A stretch of DNA of 64,000 nucleotides from Candidatus Omnitrophota bacterium (GCA_042570405.1 JBHPGR010000002.1:5992-69991), one strand, 5' to 3'; positions 16,953 through 30,970 are shown, counted from the stretch's first letter. Made by a program: numbers and translations. Notes: generated by a model from the letters alone, not told the origin.

Positions 16953-19900
16953 GTAGAACTAGCCATTTTCCAGAAAAACAGGGCTTGTATGATCCGAGGT
17001 TCGAACATGATTCCTGCGGCGTAGGATTTGTCTGCGACATAAAGGGCAGGAAATCAAACCGGTTGATTAAACAGGGACTGGAGGTCCTAAGACGCCTGTC
17101 GCACAGGGGGGCTGTAGGCGCTGACCCTAAGACCGGCGACGGCGCCGGTATCCTGATCCAAATTCCGCATGATTTCTTGGGCAGAGAGTGCGCTAATCAG
17201 GGGATCACCCTGCCTAAACCCGGAACTTACGGAACCGGACTTGTATTTCTTCCTACCGAGGAGAAGGATAGGAATTTCTGTGTCCAACTGTTTGAAGAGA
17301 GGGTAAGACAGGAGGGGCAGGATGTCCTGGGTTGGCGCGATCTGCCATTGGATGATTCGATAATCGGTGAGACAGCCAGGGAAACCGAACCTATGATCAG
17401 GCAGATCTTCATCGCCAGTAACTCAAGTATCAGTAATCAGCTTGAATTTGAGCGTAAGCTCTATGTCATCCGCAGGCAGGTGGAGAACGCGGTGCGCAGA
17501 TCCGCGATCAGGCAGAAGACATTCTTCTACATAACCAACCTTTCCTGCCGGACGCTGAGCTATAAAGGATTATTGATGCCTGCCCAGGTCGGCGAATATT
17601 TTCTTGATTTAAAGGATGATTCGTTGGAGAGCGCGATTTGCCTGGTGCATTCCCGCTACAGCACTAACACCTTTCCGACCTGGGATCTGGCGCAGCCTTT
17701 TAGGATGCTTGCTCACAACGGAGAGATAAATACCCTGCGCGGAAACATCAACTGGATCCGCGCCAGGGAGCGCCTGTTGGTCAGCGAGCTGTTCGGTGAG
17801 GATATCGAAAAGATAAAGCCGGTGATCTTAGAGGGGGGAAGTGATTCAGCAGCGATAGATAATGTCTTCGAGCTTTTGGTGCTTTCAGGAAGGACGCTTG
17901 ATCATGCGATGATGATGTTGATCCCCGAGGCCTGGGAGCATAATAGATTAATCAGCGAGGAACTCAAAGAATTCTATAAGTTCCATGCCTGCTTGATGGA
18001 GCCCTGGGATGGGCCGGCAGCGATCGCTTTTACCGATGGCAAGAATATCGGGGCAGTGCTTGACAGGAATGGTCTGAGGCCTGCGCGCTATATTGTGACT
18101 AATGATGATTTCGTAGTAATGGCCTCTGAGGTGGGCGTGCTTGATATAGATCCTAAAAACATCAAGAACTCCGGTAGGCTTAAGCCGGGGAGGATCTTTT
18201 TTATCGATACGGAATCAGGACGGATAGTAGAGGATCGCCAGATTAAAGATAGACTTTGTAGGCGCTCTCCCTATGGAAGCTGGAATGGAGATAATTTAGT
18301 CGATCTTGACCGGCTTCCGGATAGCGGCACCAGCCGTAATGACGCGAAGGATCTGATCCTGCAATTGAAGGCCTTTGGTTACTCCCGCGAGGACCTTAAG
18401 ATGATCATAAAGCCGATGGCGCAGGAGCGTAAGGAGCCGGTGGGGTCAATGGGTAGCGATATTCCGCATGCCTTTCTCTCAAAGAAGCCGCAGCTGCTAT
18501 ATGACTATTTCAAACAGCTCTTTGCCCAGGTGACTAATCCGGCCATAGACCCGATCAGGGAGAAGCTGGTGATGAGCCTGGAGAGTTTTATCGGTCTTGA
18601 GAAAAATATCCTTACCGAGAGCCCCCAGCACAGCCATAAGCTGCGGGTAAGAAATCCGATTTTGACTGATGCCCAGCTGGAGAAGATCCGCGATATCAGC
18701 ATCAACAATTTTAAGACCAAGGTGATCTACACCTTTTTTGACGCCGCAAGCGCAGGGGAAGGGTTTATCCGGGCTCTGGAGAGGGTATGTTTTGAAGCAG
18801 AATATGCGATCGAGCAGGGTTATTCTTTTCTTATCCTGAGCGACCGGGGTGCAAACAAAGATAATATAGCGCTTCCCGCGCTTTTGGCGATGAGCGCGGT
18901 GCATCAGCATCTGGTAAGAAAGACGATCCGTTCGCAGGTAGGGATCATCGTTGAGAGCGGTGAGCCCAGGGAGGTGCATCACTTTGCTCTGCTCTTTGGT
19001 TACGGAGCGGATTGCGTAAATCCATATCTTGCCCATCAGCTGATCGGGCATCTGATCGAAGAAAGAGAGCTTTCCCTAGGGCGTACAGTTGCGCTGGGAA
19101 ACTACCATAAGGCCCTGACTGACGGAATACTAAAGATACTATCGAAGATGGGGATATCTACTCTGCGCAGCTACCGCGGGGCGCAGATATTTGAGGCGCT
19201 GGGATTGGAGGGGGGCTTTATCGAGAGGTATTTTACCGGCACTGTTTCGCGTATCGGGGGTGTAAACCTTGAAGGAATAGCGGATGAGACAATTAAGAGG
19301 CACCGGGAGGCATATTCTGATATATCTTCATCTACGCCTTATTTGAAGAGCGGAGGGGTCTACCAATGGAAGAGGGATGGGGAGTTCCATCTTTGGAACC
19401 CCGCAAGCATCGCTGCCCTGCAGGATGCCGCACGCAACAATGATTACGCAAGATACAAAGAGTTTGCCGGGTCGATCAATGATCAATCAGAGAATCCCAC
19501 TACATTAAGGAGCTTATTGAGGTTTAAGCATTCTCAGTCGGTTCCGATCGATGAAGTCGAGCCGGTCGAAGGGATTTTAAAACGTTTTGCTACAGGCGCG
19601 ATGAGTTTTGGTTCGATCAGCAGCCTGGCGCATGAGACGATCGCTATCGCGATGAACCGTATCAGCGGCAAGTCTAACACCGGTGAAGGCGGAGAGGACC
19701 CGAGCAGGTTTATCCCTTTACCTAATGGTGATTCAAAGCGCAGCGCGATCAAACAGGTAGCCTCCGGAAGGTTCGGGGTGACGATCAATTATCTGGTCAA
19801 TGCCGATGAGTTGCAGATCAAGATCGCCCAAGGCGCTAAACCGGGTGAAGGCGGCCAGTTGCCGGGGCATAAGGTGAGCGAAATGATCGCGCGCACCCGG

Positions 19901-21475
19901 CATACCACTGCCGGGGTGACATTGATCTCTCCTCCTCCGCACCACGATATATATTCCATAGAGGACTTAGCGCAGCTTATCTTTGACTTGAAGTGCGCTA
20001 ATCCGCAGGCGCGGGTGAGCGTAAAATTAGTCTCTGAGATCGGCGTGGGAACGGTAGCAGCGGGTGTTGCCAAAGGACATGCTGATATGATTTTGATTTC
20101 CGGAGGGGACGGCGGTACAGGCGCATCCCCCAGGAGCTCGATCAGGTATGCGGGATTACCTTGGGAGCTGGGGTTGTCTGAGACGCACCAGACACTGGTG
20201 CTGAATAATCTGCGCTCCCGGGTCAAATTGCAGACTGACGGACAGATGCGCACCGGCCGGGATGTGGCGATAGCGGCTCTCTTGGGGGCAGAGGAATTTG
20301 GTTTTTGCAGCGTCGTGCTGGTGGTGATCGGCTGTGTGATGTTGAGGCACTGCCACCTGAACAACTGTTCGGTGGGAGTAGCAACGCAGGATGATGTCCT
20401 CTTGAGAAGGTTTACAGGTAGACCTGAGCATATCGTCAATTATTTCTACTTTGTCGCTCAAGAGCTGCGCGAGATCCTGGCTAGCCTTGGTCTGCGCAGT
20501 ATAGAGGAGATGGTCGGCCGCACGGATCTTCTTGAGTTGAACAAAGAGATCATCCCGCAAAAGGCAAAAGCAGCTGATTATTCAAGGATCCTTTATAAAC
20601 CCCAAAAGCCACAACGCAGTTGTGCATCTGTAAGAACGGGTTTATTAGATTCAGTGCTCGACCGGCAACTGATCAGAAAGGCAAAGGCTTCCTTTTCCGG
20701 TAAGCAGCCGGTTAAGATCAGCTCCGGGATCAATAATACTGACCGGGCTGTGGGAGCGATGTTAAGCGGAGAAATTATAAAGAGGTGCGGTGAGGGGGCT
20801 CTTTTAGAGGATACCATAAGTTGTAAATTCAAAGGTATTGCCGGACAGAGTTTCGGAGCCTTTCTTGCCAAGGGTATCACCTTTGAGCTTGAGGGTATGG
20901 CTAATGATTATGTGGGCAAGGGTATTTCCGGAGGAAAGATAATCATCTATCCTGACAGGCAGGCTCTTTATCAGCCGGATCAAAACATGATCATCGGTAA
21001 TACCACTTTCTACGGAGCTACCTCAGGGGAGGCCTATATCCTGGGTATTGCCGGAGAAAGATTCTGCATCAGGAACTCCGGCTTATATGCGGTCGTGGAG
21101 GGCGTGGGGGATCACGGTTGCGAGTATATGACCGGCGGTAGGGTTGTGGTCTTAGGAAGGACCGGGAGGAATTTTGCAGCTGGCATGTCAGGCGGGATCG
21201 CCTATGTATATGATGAAAAAAATGATTTTCAGGAGAGGTGCAATCCGGATATGGTGAATCTAGAGGAGGTAACCGAAGAGGATAAAGATACCATATATAA
21301 CCTGCTCCACAACCACTTTAAGTATACCAAAAGCAGTAAGGCAAAAAGGGTAATCGATAATATGCCGCAGGAGCTTGAGAAATTCGTCAAGGTGATGCCG
21401 GTAGAGTATAAGCGTATCCTGGAGGGCGTCAAGATAGAAGAGCAGCTGGGTTTGACGGAGGTTTCCGATGGGTGA
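16949..21475 (+). CDS. gltB: glutamate synthase large subunit
   Basis: It has the N-terminal amidotransferase Cys (FEHDSCGVGF) and FMN and GXGXG domains across about 1500 aa. ATG 16949 is preferred over the track's GTG at 16937. Confidence 0.95.
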   Translation: MSRTSHFPEKQGLYDPRFEHDSCGVGFVCDIKGRKSNRLIKQGLEVLRRLSHRGAVGADPKTGDGAGILIQIPHDFLGRECANQGITLPKPGTYGTGLVFLPTEEKDRNFCVQLFEERVRQEGQDVLGWRDLPLDDSIIGETARETEPMIRQIFIASNSSISNQLEFERKLYVIRRQVENAVRRSAIRQKTFFYITNLSCRTLSYKGLLMPAQVGEYFLDLKDDSLESAICLVHSRYSTNTFPTWDLAQPFRMLAHNGEINTLRGNINWIRARERLLVSELFGEDIEKIKPVILEGGSDSAAIDNVFELLVLSGRTLDHAMMMLIPEAWEHNRLISEELKEFYKFHACLMEPWDGPAAIAFTDGKNIGAVLDRNGLRPARYIVTNDDFVVMASEVGVLDIDPKNIKNSGRLKPGRIFFIDTESGRIVEDRQIKDRLCRRSPYGSWNGDNLVDLDRLPDSGTSRNDAKDLILQLKAFGYSREDLKMIIKPMAQERKEPVGSMGSDIPHAFLSKKPQLLYDYFKQLFAQVTNPAIDPIREKLVMSLESFIGLEKNILTESPQHSHKLRVRNPILTDAQLEKIRDISINNFKTKVIYTFFDAASAGEGFIRALERVCFEAEYAIEQGYSFLILSDRGANKDNIALPALLAMSAVHQHLVRKTIRSQVGIIVESGEPREVHHFALLFGYGADCVNPYLAHQLIGHLIEERELSLGRTVALGNYHKALTDGILKILSKMGISTLRSYRGAQIFEALGLEGGFIERYFTGTVSRIGGVNLEGIADETIKRHREAYSDISSSTPYLKSGGVYQWKRDGEFHLWNPASIAALQDAARNNDYARYKEFAGSINDQSENPTTLRSLLRFKHSQSVPIDEVEPVEGILKRFATGAMSFGSISSLAHETIAIAMNRISGKSNTGEGGEDPSRFIPLPNGDSKRSAIKQVASGRFGVTINYLVNADELQIKIAQGAKPGEGGQLPGHKVSEMIARTRHTTAGVTLISPPPHHDIYSIEDLAQLIFDLKCANPQARVSVKLVSEIGVGTVAAGVAKGHADMILISGGDGGTGASPRSSIRYAGLPWELGLSETHQTLVLNNLRSRVKLQTDGQMRTGRDVAIAALLGAEEFGFCSVVLVVIGCVMLRHCHLNNCSVGVATQDDVLLRRFTGRPEHIVNYFYFVAQELREILASLGLRSIEEMVGRTDLLELNKEIIPQKAKAADYSRILYKPQKPQRSCASVRTGLLDSVLDRQLIRKAKASFSGKQPVKISSGINNTDRAVGAMLSGEIIKRCGEGALLEDTISCKFKGIAGQSFGAFLAKGITFELEGMANDYVGKGISGGKIIIYPDRQALYQPDQNMIIGNTTFYGATSGEAYILGIAGERFCIRNSGLYAVVEGVGDHGCEYMTGGRVVVLGRTGRNFAAGMSGGIAYVYDEKNDFQERCNPDMVNLEEVTEEDKDTIYNLLHNHFKYTKSSKAKRVIDNMPQELEKFVKVMPVEYKRILEGVKIEEQLGLTEVSDG

Positions 21476-22883
21476 CCCAAGGGGTTTCTTAAAAGTTGCA
21501 AGGCAGGATTTTGAATACAGGCCGGTCTGTGAGCGCATCCGTGACTTTAAGCATGTAGCGGCTCCCAGGACTGGGAGCCAGTCTCAGGAGCAGGCCTCGC
21601 GCTGTATGGATTGCGCAACGCCCTTCTGTCACTGGGGCTGCCCGGCAGGAAATTATATCCCTGAGTGGAATGACTATATGCACCGCGGGGATTGGAAGAA
21701 GGCGCTTGCTTTATTGGAGGCGACGAACAACCTGCCTGAGATAACCGGGAGGGTTTGTCCGGCGCCCTGCGAATATGCCTGCGTTTTGGGCCTTAATGAT
21801 GATGCTGTGACGATCCGCGAAAATGAGCTGGCAGTCATAGAATACGGATTTAAATCGGGACTGATCGAGCCGCTGCCTGTCAGCAGCAGGAGCGGTAAAA
21901 AAATCGCTGTAGTCGGTTCTGGGCCGGCAGGGCTCTGTTGCGCGGCGCAGCTTAACCGCGCAGGGCATAGAGTTATTGTATTTGAGCGCGATGATAGGAT
22001 CGGAGGAATCTTAAGATACGGTATCCCTGATTTTAAACTGGAGAAGTCTATCCTGGACCGGCGTCTTCAGATCTGGAGGAAGGAGGGGATCGAGTTTAAG
22101 GCCGGGATTGAAGTGGGTAAGGATTATCCGGCCAGGAGATTATCTAAGGAGTTTGACGCTGTATGCATTGCCGCTGGTTCCCGGATCCCCAGGGACCTTA
22201 AGATCGATGGGAGGGATTTTAAAGGGATACATTTTGCTATGGATTATCTGGTACAGTCCAACCGCAGGGTAGCAGGAGAGAAGATACCCGCAGCCAAGCT
22301 GATCGATGCCAAGGGTAAGAGGGTCGTAGTGATCGGCGGGGGGGACACCGGCTCGGATTGCGTGGGTGTTGCGCATAGGCAGGGAGCAAGTTGCGTGGCG
22401 CAGATTGAGATTCTTGCGCAGCCTCCGGAATGCAGGACAGAGAATCAACCATGGCCGGCCTATCCGTTGCTTTTGAAGGCCTCCAGCTCTCATCAGGAGG
22501 GGGGAGAGCGGCACTGGGCGGTAGCGACAAAGCGCTTTATCGGAGAGAATGGGGCTGTAAAAAAGCTTTGCTGTGTAAAATTAGATTCTAAGAAAGAGAT
22601 TCCGGGAAGCGAATTTGAGATCGCAGCAGACCTGGTAATCCTGGCGATGGGTTTCCTATGCCCTAAAAAGGAAGGATTGCTTGAGGAGTTGGGGGTTGAA
22701 TTAGACGAACGCGGGAATGTGAAATGCGATGACAATTTCATGACCAGTGAGAAGAATATCTTTGCCTGCGGCGATATGCGCCGCGGACAGTCGCTGGTAG
22801 TCTGGGCGATATCCGAGGGCAGGCGCTGTGCCTATAATATGGATAAATTTTTGATCGGGGAGAGTAATCTACCAACTATATAA
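21468..22883 (+). CDS. gltD: glutamate synthase small subunit (NADPH)
   Basis: 471 aa. It has Fe-S cysteines (CMDCATPFCHWGCP, GRVCPAPCEYAC) and dinucleotide folds (IAVVGSGPAGL, VVVIGGGDTGSD). It overlaps the gltB stop. Confidence 0.93.
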   Translation: MGDPRGFLKVARQDFEYRPVCERIRDFKHVAAPRTGSQSQEQASRCMDCATPFCHWGCPAGNYIPEWNDYMHRGDWKKALALLEATNNLPEITGRVCPAPCEYACVLGLNDDAVTIRENELAVIEYGFKSGLIEPLPVSSRSGKKIAVVGSGPAGLCCAAQLNRAGHRVIVFERDDRIGGILRYGIPDFKLEKSILDRRLQIWRKEGIEFKAGIEVGKDYPARRLSKEFDAVCIAAGSRIPRDLKIDGRDFKGIHFAMDYLVQSNRRVAGEKIPAAKLIDAKGKRVVVIGGGDTGSDCVGVAHRQGASCVAQIEILAQPPECRTENQPWPAYPLLLKASSSHQEGGERHWAVATKRFIGENGAVKKLCCVKLDSKKEIPGSEFEIAADLVILAMGFLCPKKEGLLEELGVELDERGNVKCDDNFMTSEKNIFACGDMRRGQSLVVWAISEGRRCAYNMDKFLIGESNLPTI

Positions 22884-22895
22884 AGAGGTGGCAAG

Positions 22896-25472
22896 ATGAT
22901 TAGCACAGGGATTAAAGGATTGGATAACGTGATCACGGGCCTAAGGGCGGGGGATAACGTAGTCTGGCAGATAGATGATATAAAAGACTATATTGACCTT
23001 GTAAAGCCGTTTGTCAAAGAGGCGCTGAAGCAGAAGAAGAGGGTGGTCTATATGAGGTTTGCCTCGCATAAAGAGGTGCTTAAACCCTTAAAGCGGATCA
23101 AGCGCTATGAGCTTAATGCCCATGCCGGCTTCGAATCCTTTGCCACGAAAGTAAACCGGATTATCACGCAGGAGGGGGAGGGAGCCTATTATGTGTTTGA
23201 CTGCCTTTCAGAGCTGCTTTCAGCCTGGGCAAATGACTTGATGATCGGTAACTTTTTTATGGTCACCTGTCCCTATCTTTACGAGCTGAAGACCCTGACC
23301 TACTTTTCCATATTACGCAACAATCATTCCTTTAAGTCTGTTGCGCGCATCCGGGAGACCACGCAGTTACTGATGGATGTGTACCACTGTGAAAGGAACT
23401 TCTATATTCACCCCTTAAAGGTCTGGAACCGTTATTCTTCCACGATGTTCCTTCCTCATCAAAGAAAAAAGGAAAACTTTATTCCGATTGTAGACAGCGT
23501 AAATGCGGCAAAGTTCTTATCATACATCCGCGAGCACGGAGCAGAGAGTGCCAAGCGCAACCTCGATTACTGGGACCGTTTATTCTTAGAGGCAGAGGAG
23601 CTGCTAAAAAAAGGTGCTCCCAAAAAGAAGATTAAGGCGATGGTTAAGAAGCTTTGCAGCATCATGGTGACCAAGAATAAAAAGATCATGGATCTGGCAG
23701 TACGTAATTTTTCGCTTGATGAGCTGGTTGATATGAAGGCCAGGCTGATCGGTACGGGTTTTATCGGAGGCAAGACTGTAGGGATGCTTCTGGCCCGAAA
23801 GATGCTCGGTAAAAACAGGAACCTTGACTGGCAAAGGCTCTCTGAACCGCACGATTCGTTTTTTGTCGGCTCGGATATATTCTATTCTTACATTGTCCAG
23901 AACCGCTGGTGGAAGCTGCGCATGCAGCAGAAGACAGAGGGAGACTATTTTAAGGCCGCTCAGATCCTGAGGGAGAAGATGCTTTACGGGGTCTTTCCGG
24001 AGGAGATCATGGAGCACTTTCAGCAGATCATCGAGTATTTCGGCTCATCACCGATCATCATCCGCTCAAGTTCTCTTCTTGAGGATGGTTTCGGCAATGC
24101 CTTTGCCGGTAAATACGAAAGCATATTCCTGGCAAATCAGGGCACTCCGGAGGAGAGGTATATCCGTTTTGCCGAGGCGGTGAAAAGGATTTACGCTAGC
24201 ACGATGAGCGAGGATGCCCTGGCTTACAGGAAGCAGAGGGGGCTGGATAAATTAGATGAACAGATGGCGCTTTTGGTGCAGCGGGTCTCAGGGGCGCACC
24301 ACAAGAATTATTTCTTTCCTGATCTGGCCGGAGTGGGAGTCTCCTATAATACTTATGTCTGGAACGAGAGCATGGATTCCAAGGCGGGGATGCTCAGGCT
24401 TGTCTTTGGCCTGGGCACTAGGGCGGTCAACCGCGTGGAAGGAGATTATCCGCGGATGGTCGCGCTTGACGAGCCCCTACGCAGGCCCTATGCCGAGAAG
24501 GATGACCTGAGAAAATATTCCCAGCATGAGGCGGACCTGATCAATACCAAGGAGAATGCGCTTAGGACCGTATCGCTTGAGAGGATAATCAGCGAGAAGG
24601 CCTACAGCGGCATCGAGCGCCTTGCGGTAAGGGACGATGAAGCAATGCGGATGATGGAGCGGGTCAGAGGCAATAAAGAGTATTGGATTCTGACATTGGA
24701 TAAGCTCTTTTCAGGTAACGGACTGGCCGGATCATTCAGTAAGATCCTTAAGGCGCTTGAGCAGAGCTACCGCTATCCGATCGAAATAGAATTTACGGTA
24801 AATTTCACCGAGGATAACGCCTATAAGATAAACCTGCTGCAGTGCAGGCCGCTGCAGACGCGCGGATTAGGCCGTAAGGTCTACATACCGGATCAGGTCA
24901 AAAGCGGCGATAAATTCTTTGAATCACGCGGATATTTCCTGGGCGGGAACATATCGCAGAAGATCGACTGGATAATCTATGTCGATCCTCAAAAGTATAG
25001 CGAACTCGCTTTATCGGATAAGCATGAGATCGCCCGCACAGTGGGAAAATTAAACCGGATGATCATGAGCAGGGAAGAATTGCCTACTCTCTTGATGGGG
25101 CCGGGCAGGTGGGGTACCACAACGCCTTCTTTAGGCGTGCCGGTCAAATTTGCCGAGATCAATAATGTAGCAGTGCTTGCCGAGGTGGCTTTTTCAGCGG
25201 GGAATCTGGCGCCGGAACTATCATTCGGGACGCATTTCTTCCAGGACCTGGTGGAGACTAATATTTTCTATACTGCGCTTTTCCCCGAAAAGAAGGAGGT
25301 CTTATTAAACGGGCAAAAGTTGAGTGAGTTTAACGATCTGTTCGCAAAACTTGTGCCGGAGTCGTTAAGGTATAAGGGGCTGATCAGTGTTTATGATGTC
25401 AGTCAAAAGGGGATGAGGGTCATGTCAGATGTTGTATCCCAGAGGGTAGTCTGTTTTTCCAAAAATGATTGA
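22896..25472 (+). CDS. PEP/pyruvate-binding (PPDK_N ATP-grasp) domain protein with a degenerate RecA/KaiC-like N-terminal domain
   Basis: 858 aa. PPDK_N motifs are GFIGGKTVGMLLA, IIRSSSLLEDGFGNAFAGKYES, MALLVQRV and IEIEFTV. The N-terminus STGIKGLDNVITGLRAGDNVVW resembles the KaiC/RadA lead-in, but no GxxGxGKT follows. No GG.TSHAAI swivel-His motif was found. Confidence 0.6.
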   Translation: MISTGIKGLDNVITGLRAGDNVVWQIDDIKDYIDLVKPFVKEALKQKKRVVYMRFASHKEVLKPLKRIKRYELNAHAGFESFATKVNRIITQEGEGAYYVFDCLSELLSAWANDLMIGNFFMVTCPYLYELKTLTYFSILRNNHSFKSVARIRETTQLLMDVYHCERNFYIHPLKVWNRYSSTMFLPHQRKKENFIPIVDSVNAAKFLSYIREHGAESAKRNLDYWDRLFLEAEELLKKGAPKKKIKAMVKKLCSIMVTKNKKIMDLAVRNFSLDELVDMKARLIGTGFIGGKTVGMLLARKMLGKNRNLDWQRLSEPHDSFFVGSDIFYSYIVQNRWWKLRMQQKTEGDYFKAAQILREKMLYGVFPEEIMEHFQQIIEYFGSSPIIIRSSSLLEDGFGNAFAGKYESIFLANQGTPEERYIRFAEAVKRIYASTMSEDALAYRKQRGLDKLDEQMALLVQRVSGAHHKNYFFPDLAGVGVSYNTYVWNESMDSKAGMLRLVFGLGTRAVNRVEGDYPRMVALDEPLRRPYAEKDDLRKYSQHEADLINTKENALRTVSLERIISEKAYSGIERLAVRDDEAMRMMERVRGNKEYWILTLDKLFSGNGLAGSFSKILKALEQSYRYPIEIEFTVNFTEDNAYKINLLQCRPLQTRGLGRKVYIPDQVKSGDKFFESRGYFLGGNISQKIDWIIYVDPQKYSELALSDKHEIARTVGKLNRMIMSREELPTLLMGPGRWGTTTPSLGVPVKFAEINNVAVLAEVAFSAGNLAPELSFGTHFFQDLVETNIFYTALFPEKKEVLLNGQKLSEFNDLFAKLVPESLRYKGLISVYDVSQKGMRVMSDVVSQRVVCFSKND

Positions 25473-25497
25473 CTTAAGGATTAGCTTATGTTATATT
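25469..25497 (+). promoter_or_regulatory. sigma70-like promoter candidate for the pyrG leader
   Basis: TTGACT (25469-25474, overlapping the upstream stop codon), a 17-nt spacer, then TATATT (25492-25497). Confidence 0.45.
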
Positions 25498-25537
25498 TTA
25501 CAGTGATAGTTCGAAGCAGCACTATTAATAAACAATG

Positions 25538-28269
<2,732 letters not shown>

Positions 28270-28292
<23 letters not shown>

Positions 28293-29931
28293 AAAAATAT
28301 TGGTCATCGGTTCAGGCCCGATCATCATCGGGCAGGCCTGCGAGTTTGATTACTCAGGCAGCCAGGCCTGCAAGGTCTTAAAGCAGGAGGGGTATGAAGT
28401 GATCGTAGTCAACTCCAATCCTGCTACGATAATGACTGACCCTGAGATGGCGGATAAGACCTATATCGAGCCCATAAATGTAAGCCTGATCGAGAAGGTG
28501 ATCGCTAAGGAAAAACCAGATGCCTTGCTTCCCACCCTAGGCGGCCAGACTGCATTAAATACTGCCGTAGAATTGGAGAAGCAGGGAATACTCAAGAAGT
28601 ATGATCTCGAGACCATAGGCGCAAATATTACTGCTATCAAAAAGGGTGAAGACCGGGAATTATTCAAGGAATCAATGCTTAAGATCGGTCTGGAGGTGCC
28701 TAAGAGCGATAAGGCCTATAGCCTTAAAGAGGCGATGAAGGTCGCCCAAGAGATAGGATTTCCTCTGATCATCAGACCAAGTTTTACCTTAGGTGGTACA
28801 GGCGGAAGTGTTGCCTATAACATTGAGGATTTTAAGGATTTGGCCCGGCGTGGACTTGAGGCAAGCATGATCAGTGAGATCCTGATCGAGCAATCAGTCT
28901 TGGGCTGGAAGGAGTTTGAGCTTGAGGTGATGCGCGATTTAAAGGATAACGTAGTGATCATCTGCTCGATCGAGAACTTTGACCCTATGGGGATCCATAC
29001 CGGAGATAGCATCACTGTGGCGCCTGCACAGACGCTTACTGATAAAGAGTATCAGAGGATGCGGGATGCGGCGATCGCCTGTATCAGGGAGATCGGGGTT
29101 GAAACCGGGGGGTCTAACATTCAGTTTGCAGTCAATCCTGAAGATGGTAGGATGGTGATTATCGAAATGAATCCCAGGGTATCACGGAGCTCTGCGCTCG
29201 CCTCTAAGGCAACTGGATTTCCCATCGCCAAGATTGCAGCCAAATTAGCTGTCGGCTATACGCTTGATGAGATCCCCAACGATATCACTAAGGAGACGCC
29301 CGCCTGCTTTGAGCCAGCGATCGATTACTGTGTAGTCAAGATACCGCGCTTTGTCTTTGAGAAATTTTCCACTCTTGAGCCGACTCTGACAGTGCAGATG
29401 AAATCAGTAGGCGAGGTGATGGCGATCGGAAGGACTTTTAAGGAGGCGCTCCAGAAGGGCTTGCGTTCTCTTGAAATCGGCAAATATGGCTTAGAGAGCG
29501 TGTTATTTAGAGATTATGCCCTTAAACCAAAGATTAATAATCGCAATATGGAATTGCTTTACAGGAAATTAAGGATCGCCAATCCGGAAAGGTTATTTTA
29601 TATAGCCGATGCCTTAAGGGTAGGGATTGATCTGGATGAGATCTCTGCTTTGACCAAGATCGACAAATGGTTTTTATATAATATTAAGGAGATTATTGAC
29701 CTTGAGAGGCAGATGATTAAGTCCAAAAAAAATATTAAGCCTGAACTTTTGCGTAAGGCAAAGGAGTTCGGCTTTAGCGATAGAATTTTAGGGAAGCTTT
29801 TAGATAAGAAGGAGGGGGAGGTTTTTAAGTTAAGGAAGTCGCTGGGGATCAAGCCTGATTTTAAGCTGGTTGATACCTGCGCCGCCGAATTTCAGGCCTT
29901 CACCCCTTACTATTATTCGACATATAGTTAG
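28270..29931 (+). CDS. carB: carbamoyl-phosphate synthase large subunit, N-terminal half only (carboxyphosphate + oligomerisation domains)
   Basis: 553 aa with a GTG start overlapping carA. It is collinear with residues 1 to about 553 of the full-length CarB at 39681. It ends cleanly at ...[10 protein letters not shown], and no CPS-like sequence follows in any frame. Confidence 0.85.
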
Positions 29932-30022
29932 GAAATTATGGAGCAATCCCCTTAGAGCTGAAGTAATATATTTGGCGGGGACAGTCCCGTCTTAAGAAAA
30001 GCTGAATTCTTAGGAGGAAGCT

Positions 30023-30271
30023 ATGTTAAGTGCGCAAATCTATATTACTATAAAAAAGACAGTGGCTGACCCGCAAGGCCTAACCATTAAGCATGCCTTA
30101 GAATCATTGGGCTATAAAGATTTAGCGGACGTACGCCTCGGCAAGCTGGTGGTCGTTAAATTAAACTTTAATGATAAGAAAAGAGCAGAACAGCAAATTA
30201 AGCAGATGTGCAAGAAGCTATTGGTCAACCCGATCATAGAAGATTATGATTTTAAGATAAAAGATGAGTAG
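30023..30271 (+). CDS. purS: phosphoribosylformylglycinamidine synthase subunit PurS
   Basis: It is 82 aa, matches the PurS size, has the pattern VADPQG..I...L..LGY, and lies directly upstream of purQ-purL. Confidence 0.85.
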   Translation: MLSAQIYITIKKTVADPQGLTIKHALESLGYKDLADVRLGKLVVVKLNFNDKKRAEQQIKQMCKKLLVNPIIEDYDFKIKDE

Positions 30272-30965
30272 AATAAAATTCGGAATCGTGGTTTTCCCCG
30301 GATCTAATTGCGATCAGGACTGTTTTTATATAATAAAGAACGTTTTAAGGCAGTCCGTTAAGTATCTCTGGCATCAGGACACTGATTTAAGCCGCCTTGA
30401 CTGCGTTGTGTTGCCAGGAGGATTTAGCTACGGGGACTACCTACGCACTGGCGCCATCGCCAGATTTTCTCCGATAATGAAGGCCATCGCCGGTTTTGCC
30501 AAAAAAGGCAAAACGGTCATAGGGATTTGTAATGGTTTTCAGGTGCTCCTGGAGGCAGGGCTTCTGCCGGGATCGATGTTAAGAAACAGGGGCCTACATT
30601 TTATCTGTCGGCAGGTTTATATCAAGGCAGAGAACAATCAGACCAGATTCACCAATCTTTATAATGCGGGACAAATTTTAAGAATACCTATCGCGCATAA
30701 CGAAGGCAATTTTTATATTCCCGCAGCCGGACTCAGAGAGTTAAAAGGGAATAATCAAATAGTATTCCGTTATTGTTCTGCCGAAGGGGAAGCCAACGGA
30801 AGATTTAATCCCAATGGCGCATTGGATAATATTGCGGGCATAATTAACAAAAAAGGCAATGTCTTAGGGGTGATGCCGCACCCTGAAAGGAGTTCAGAAA
30901 GAGGGCTCGGCAGTCAAGATGGTTATCTTATATTTAAGTCGATAGCCGATTGGTTAAAAACTTAA
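30264..30965 (+). CDS. purQ: phosphoribosylformylglycinamidine synthase glutaminase subunit PurQ
   Basis: 233 aa. It starts [12 protein letters not shown] and has [16 protein letters not shown] and MPHPER. Confidence 0.93.
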   Translation: MSRIKFGIVVFPGSNCDQDCFYIIKNVLRQSVKYLWHQDTDLSRLDCVVLPGGFSYGDYLRTGAIARFSPIMKAIAGFAKKGKTVIGICNGFQVLLEAGLLPGSMLRNRGLHFICRQVYIKAENNQTRFTNLYNAGQILRIPIAHNEGNFYIPAAGLRELKGNNQIVFRYCSAEGEANGRFNPNGALDNIAGIINKKGNVLGVMPHPERSSERGLGSQDGYLIFKSIADWLKT

Positions 30966-30970
30966 AAGAT

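Noticed and set aside
29932-30022. A purine or ZTP riboswitch expected upstream of purS.
   Set aside because: The 91-nt spacer contains no purine-riboswitch junction or loop consensus and no pfl/ZTP GGGTCGTGACCGGC / CCGCCTGGGC-type blocks. Only a small hairpin lies next to the SD.
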